Positions 57,601-64,000 of a stretch of 64,000 nt of DNA are shown in pieces; positions within the stretch are counted from its first letter, which is position 1; every line of letters begins with the position of its first letter. The stretch spans positions 303,552,001 through 303,616,000 of the forward strand of contig OZ024741.1 of NCBI GenBank assembly GCA_964016885.1. The letters run 5' to 3'. A program made the translations under genes and the position numbers. Below the pieces are notes generated by a model. The model did not search any database and was not told where the DNA came from. It saw nothing but the letters and a program-made list of their open reading frames with translations. This DNA comes from Eledone cirrhosa (taxonomy: Eukaryota).

Positions 57601-60600
57601 ACAATACAACCGCAATCAACACCAACATCAATAGAAACACCAACACAAACACAATCAACTCCAACATCACTACCAACAACAACACAACCACAATCAACAC
57701 TAACATCACTACCAGCAACAATACAACCACAATCAACACCAACATCACTACAACCACCAACACAACCACAATCAACACCAACGTCACTACAACCACCAAC
57801 ACAACCACAATCAACACCAACATCACTACAACCACCAACACAACCACAATCAACACCAACATAACTACCAACAACAACACAACCACAATCAACACCAACA
57901 TCACTACCGACAACAACACAACCACAATCAACACCAACATCACTACCAACAAAAACACAACCACAATCAACACCAACATCACTACAACCACCAACACAAC
58001 CACAATCAACACCAACATCACTACAACCACCAACACAACCACAATCAACACCAACATCACTACCAACAGCAACACAACCACAATCAACACCAACATCACT
58101 ACCAACAACAACACAACCACAATCAACACCAACGTCACTACCAACAACAACACAACCACAATCAACACCAACATCACTACCAACAACAACACAACCACAA
58201 TCAACACCAACATCACTACCAACATCAATACAACCACAATCAACACCAACATCACTACCAGTAACAACACAACCACAATCAACACCAACATCACTGCCAG
58301 CAACAATACAGCCTCAATCAACACCAACATCACTAAGAACAACAATAGAACCACAATCAACACCAACATCACTACAACCACCTACACAACCACAATCCAC
58401 ACCAACATCACTACCAACAACAACACAACCACAATCAACACCAACATCACTACCAACAACAATACAACCACAATCAACACCAACGTCATAACAACCACCA
58501 ACACAACCACAATCAGCACCAACATCACTACCAACAACAATACAACCACAATCAACACCAACATCACTACCAACAACACTACAACCACAATCAACACCAA
58601 CATCACTACAACCACCTACACAACCACAATCAACACCAACATCACTACAACCACCAACACAACCGTAATCAAAACCAACATTACTACCAACAACAACACA
58701 ACCACAATCAACACCAACATCACTACCAACAACAATACAACCACAATCAACACCAACATCACTACCAGTAACAACACAACCACAATCAACACCAACATCA
58801 CTGCCAGCAACAACACAACCACAATCAACACCAACATCACTATCAGCAACAATACAGCCTCAATCAACACCAACATCGCTAAGAACAACAATAGAACCAC
58901 AATCAACACCAACATCCCTATCAACAACAACACAACCACAATCAACACCAACATCACTGCCACCAACAATACAACCACAATCAACACCAACATCACTACA
59001 ACCACCAACACAACCACAATCAAAACCAACATCACTACCAACAACAACACAACCACAATCAACACCAACATCACTACCAACAACAACACAACCACAATCA
59101 ACACCAACATCACTACCAACAACAATACAACCACAATCAACACCAACATCATAACAACCACCAACACAACCACAATCAGCACCAACATCACTACCAACAA
59201 CAATACAACCACAATCAACACCAACATCACTACCAACAACAATACAACCACAATCAACACCAACATCACTACAACCACCAACACAACCACAATCAACACC
59301 AACATAACTACCAACACCACCATAATCAACACCAACATCACTACCAACAACAATACAACCACAATCAACACCAACATCACTATCAACAACAATACAACCA
59401 CAATCAGCACCAACATCACTACAAACACCAACACAGCCACAATCCACATCAACATCACTACCAACAACAACACACCCACAATCAACACCAACATAACTAC
59501 CAGCAGCAACACAACCACAATCAACACCAACTTCACTACCAACAACAATACAACCACAATCAACACCAACATCACAACAACCACCAACACAACCGCAATC
59601 AAAACCAACATCACTACCAACAACAACACAACCACAATCAACACCAACATCACGACCAACAACAATACAACCACAATCAACACCAACATCACTACCAGTA
59701 ACAACACAACCACAATCAACACCAACATCACTGCCAGCAACAACACAACCACAATCAACACCACCATCACTATCAGCAACAATACAGCCTCAATCAACAC
59801 CAACATCACTAAGAACAACAATAGAACCACAATCAACACCAACATCACTACAACCACCAACACAACCGCAATCAAAACCAACATCACTACCAACAACAAC
59901 ACAACCACAATCAACACCAACATCACTGCCAGCAACAACACAACCACAATCAACACCAACATCACTACCAACAACAACACAACCACAATCAACACCAACA
60001 TCACTACCAACAACAACACAACCACAATCAACACCAACATCACTACCAACAACAATACAACCACAATCAACACCAACATCACTACAAACAACAACACAAC
60101 CACAATCAACACCAACGTTACTATCAAATACAACACAACCACAATCAACACCAACATCACTACCAACAAAAATACAACCACAAACAACACCAACATCACT
60201 ACCAACAATAACACAACCACAATCAACACCAGCATCACTACAACCACCAACACAACCACAATCAACACCAACATAACTACCAACACAACCATAATCAACA
60301 CCAACATCACTACCAACAACAATACAACCACAATCAACACCAACATCACTATCAACAACAATACAACCACAATCAGCACCAACATCACTACAACCACCAA
60401 CACAGCCACAATCCACACCAACATCACTACCAACAACAACACACCCACAATCAACACCAACATAACTACCAACAGCAACACAACCACAATCAACACCAAC
60501 ATCACTACTAACAACAATACAACCACAATCAACACCAACATCACTACAACCACCAACACAACCGCAATCAACACCAACATCACTACCAACAACAATACAA

Positions 60601-63600
60601 CCACAATCAACACCAACATCACTACCAGTAACAACACAACCACAATCAACACCAACATCACTGCCAGCAACAACACAACCACAATCAACACCACCATCAC
60701 TATCAGCAACAATACAGCCTCAATCAACACCAACATCACTAAGAACAACAATAGAACCACAATCAACACCAACATCACTACAACCACCAACACAACCGCA
60801 ATCAAAACCAACATCACTACCAACAACAACACAACCACAATCAACACCAACATCACTACCAACAACAATACAACCACAATCAACACCAACATCACTACCA
60901 GTAACAACACAACCACAATCAACACCAACATCACTGCCAGCAACAACACAACCACAATCAACACCAACATCACTATCAGCAACAATACAGCCTCAATCAA
61001 CACCAACATCACTAAGAACAACAATACAACCACAATCAACACCAACATCACTACAACCACCAACACAACCGCAATCAAAACCAACATCACTACCAACAAC
61101 AACACAACCACAATCAACACCAACATCACTGCCAGCAACAACACAACCACAATCAACACCAACATCACTATCAGCAACAATACAACCAGAATCAACACCA
61201 ACATCCCTATCAACAACAACACAACCACAATCAACACCAACATCACTGCCACCAACAATACAACCACAATCAACACCAACATCACTACCAACAACAACAC
61301 AACCACAATCAACACCAACATCACTACCAACAACAACACAACCACAATCAACACCAACATCACTACCAACAACAATACAACCACAATCAACACCAACATC
61401 ACTACAAACAACAACACAACCACAATCAACACCAACGTTACTATCAAATACAACACAACCACAATCAACACCAACATCACTACCAACAAAAATACAACCA
61501 CAAACAACACCAACATCACTACCAACAATAACACAACCACAATCAACACCAGCATCACTACAACCACCAACACAACCACAATCAACACCAACATAACTAC
61601 CAACACAACCATAATCAACACCAACATCACTACCAACAACAATACAACCACAATCAACACCAACATCACTATCAACAACAATACAACCACAATCAGCACC
61701 AACATCACTACAACCACCAACACAGCCACAATCCACACCAACATCACTACCAACAACAACACACCCACAATCAACACCAACATAACTACCAACAGCAACA
61801 CAACCACAATCAACACCAACATCACTACTAACAACAATACAACCACAATCAACACCAACATCACTACAACCACCAACACAACCGCAATCAAAACCAACAT
61901 TACTACCAACAACAACACAACCACAATCAACACCAACATCACTACCAACAACAATACAACCACAATCAACACCAACATCACTACCAGTAACAACACAACC
62001 ACAATCAACACCAACATCACTGCCAGCAACAACACAACCACAATCAACACCAACATCACTATCAGCAACAATACAGCCTCAATCAACACCAACATCACTA
62101 AGAACAACAATAGAACCACAATCAACACCAACATCCCTATCAACAACAACACAACCACAATCAACACCAACATCACTGCCACCAACAATACAACCACAAT
62201 CAACACCAACATCACTACAACCACCAACACAATCACAATCAAAACCAACATCACTACCAACAACAACACAACCACAATCAACACCAACATCACTACCAAC
62301 AACAACACAACCACAATCAACACCAACATCACTACCAACAACAATACAACCACAATCAACACCAACACCATAACAACCACCAACACAACCACAATCAGCA
62401 CCAACATCACTACCAACAACAATACAACCACAATCAACACCAACATCACTACCAACAACAATACAACCACAATCAACACCAACATCACTACAAACACCAA
62501 CACAGCCACAATCCACATCAACATCACTACCAACAACACACCCACAATCAACACCAACATAACTACCAACAGCAACACAACCACAATCAACACCAACTTC
62601 ACTACCAACAACAATACAACCACAATCAACACCAACACAACCACAATCAACACCAACATAACTACCAACACCACCATAATCAACACCAACATCACTACCA
62701 ACAACAATACAACCACAATCAACACCAACATCACTATCAACAACAATACAACCACAATCAGCACCAACATCACTACAAACACCAACACAGCCACAATCCA
62801 CATCAACATCACTACCAACAACAACACACCCACAATCAACACCAACATAACAACCTACAGCAACACAACCACAATCAACACCAACTTCACTACCAACAAC
62901 AATACAACCACAATCAACACCAACATCACTACAACCACCAACACAACCGCAATCAAAACCAACATCACTACCAACAACAACACAACCACAATCAACACCA
63001 ACATCACTACCAACAACAATACAACCACAATCAACACCAACATCACTACCAGTAACAACACAACCACAATCAACACCAACATCACTGCCAGCAACAACAC
63101 AACCACAATCAACACCACCATCACTATCAGCAACAATACAGCCTCAATCAACACCAACATCACTAAGAACAACAATAGAACCACAATCAACACCAACATC
63201 ACTACAACCACCAACACAACCGCAATCAAAACCAACATCACTACCAACAACAACACAACCACAATCAACACCAACATCACTGCCAGCAACAACACAACCA
63301 CAATCAACACCAACATCACTATCAGCAACAATACAACCAGAATCAACACCAACATCCCTATCAACAACAACACAACCACAATCAACACCAACATCACTGC
63401 CACCAACAATACAACCACAATCAACACCAACATCACTACCAACAACAACACAACCACAATCAACACCAACATCACTACTAACAACAACACAACCACAATC
63501 AACACCAACATCACTACCAACAAAAATACAACCACAATCAACACCAACATCACTACAAACAACAACACAACCACAATCAACACCAACGTTACTATCAAAT

Positions 63601-64000
63601 ACAACACAACCACAATCAACACCAACATCACTACCAACAAAAATACAACCACAAACAACACCAACATCACTACCAACAATAACACAACCACAATCAACAC
63701 CAGCATCACTACAACCACCAACACAACCACAATCAACACCAACATAACTACCAACACAACCATAATCAACACCAACATCACTACCAACAACAATACAACC
63801 ACAATCAACACCAACATCACTATCAACAACAATACAACCACAATCAGCACCAACATCACTACAACCACCAACACAGCCACAATCCACACCAACATCACTA
63901 CCAACAACAACACACCCACAATCAACACCAACATAACTACCAACAGCAACACAACCACAATCAACACCAACATCACTACTAACAACAATACAACCACAAT
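18650..64000. repeat. Tandem array (more than 45 kb, about 1150 units) of a 39-bp satellite/minisatellite with higher-order repeats
   Basis: Consensus ACAACCACAATCAACACCAACATCACTACCAACAACAAC (20 A, 16 C, 3 T, 0 G) is repeated head-to-tail to the window end. The first unit is diverged (acc agc gac aca acc att atc gac acc). Diagnostic variants recur at offsets of about 1.5 kb, 4158 and 14529-14879 bp. Confidence 0.98.

Noticed and set aside
18554-63997. Long ORFs up to 1410 aa (LLLVVMLVLIVVV, VVVGSDVGVDCGC, TTTINTNITTNNN, QPQSTPTSLPTTT) as real genes
   Set aside because: They are the reading frames of a 39-bp repeat whose consensus lacks stops, and they switch peptide type at indels. No signal peptide or flanking domain was seen. 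The coding idea is kept only as a hypothesis.
18650-64000. CRISPR array or telomeric repeat
   Set aside because: Units are contiguous with no unique spacers, there are no cas genes, and the context is eukaryotic. The unit is not TTAGGG-like, and the C-rich plus strand is the wrong polarity for a right-hand chromosome end.

Overview
Eukaryotic, AT-rich, repeat-saturated animal DNA with no intact protein-coding gene that I can recognise. The interspersed repeats resemble octopus SINEs as I recall them, so a cephalopod source is likely but unverified. Bases 1-18.6 kb are a mosaic of microsatellites, SINEs, Tc1/mariner-pogo and piggyBac-like non-autonomous elements, and two decayed restriction-endonuclease-type non-LTR retrotransposon ends (CRE-like at 2.4-2.9 kb, R4/NeSL-like at 9.5-9.7 kb). 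This part also holds hammerhead-ribozyme-like motifs, the best being a 139-nt fold-back made of two inverted type I hammerheads (6345-6483), and CpG-rich promoter/enhancer-like islands (8.1-8.3, 11.4-11.7 and 18.2-18.3 kb, the last with four CACGTG E-boxes). From about 18.65 kb to the window end is one tandem array of a 39-bp unit with a G-free consensus (ACAACCACAATCAACACCAACATCACTACCAACAACAAC). The array has nested higher-order repeats (about 1.5, 4.16 and 14.8 kb) and a distinct, frameshift-free distal domain. Nearly all ORFs in the supplied track are translations of repeats.
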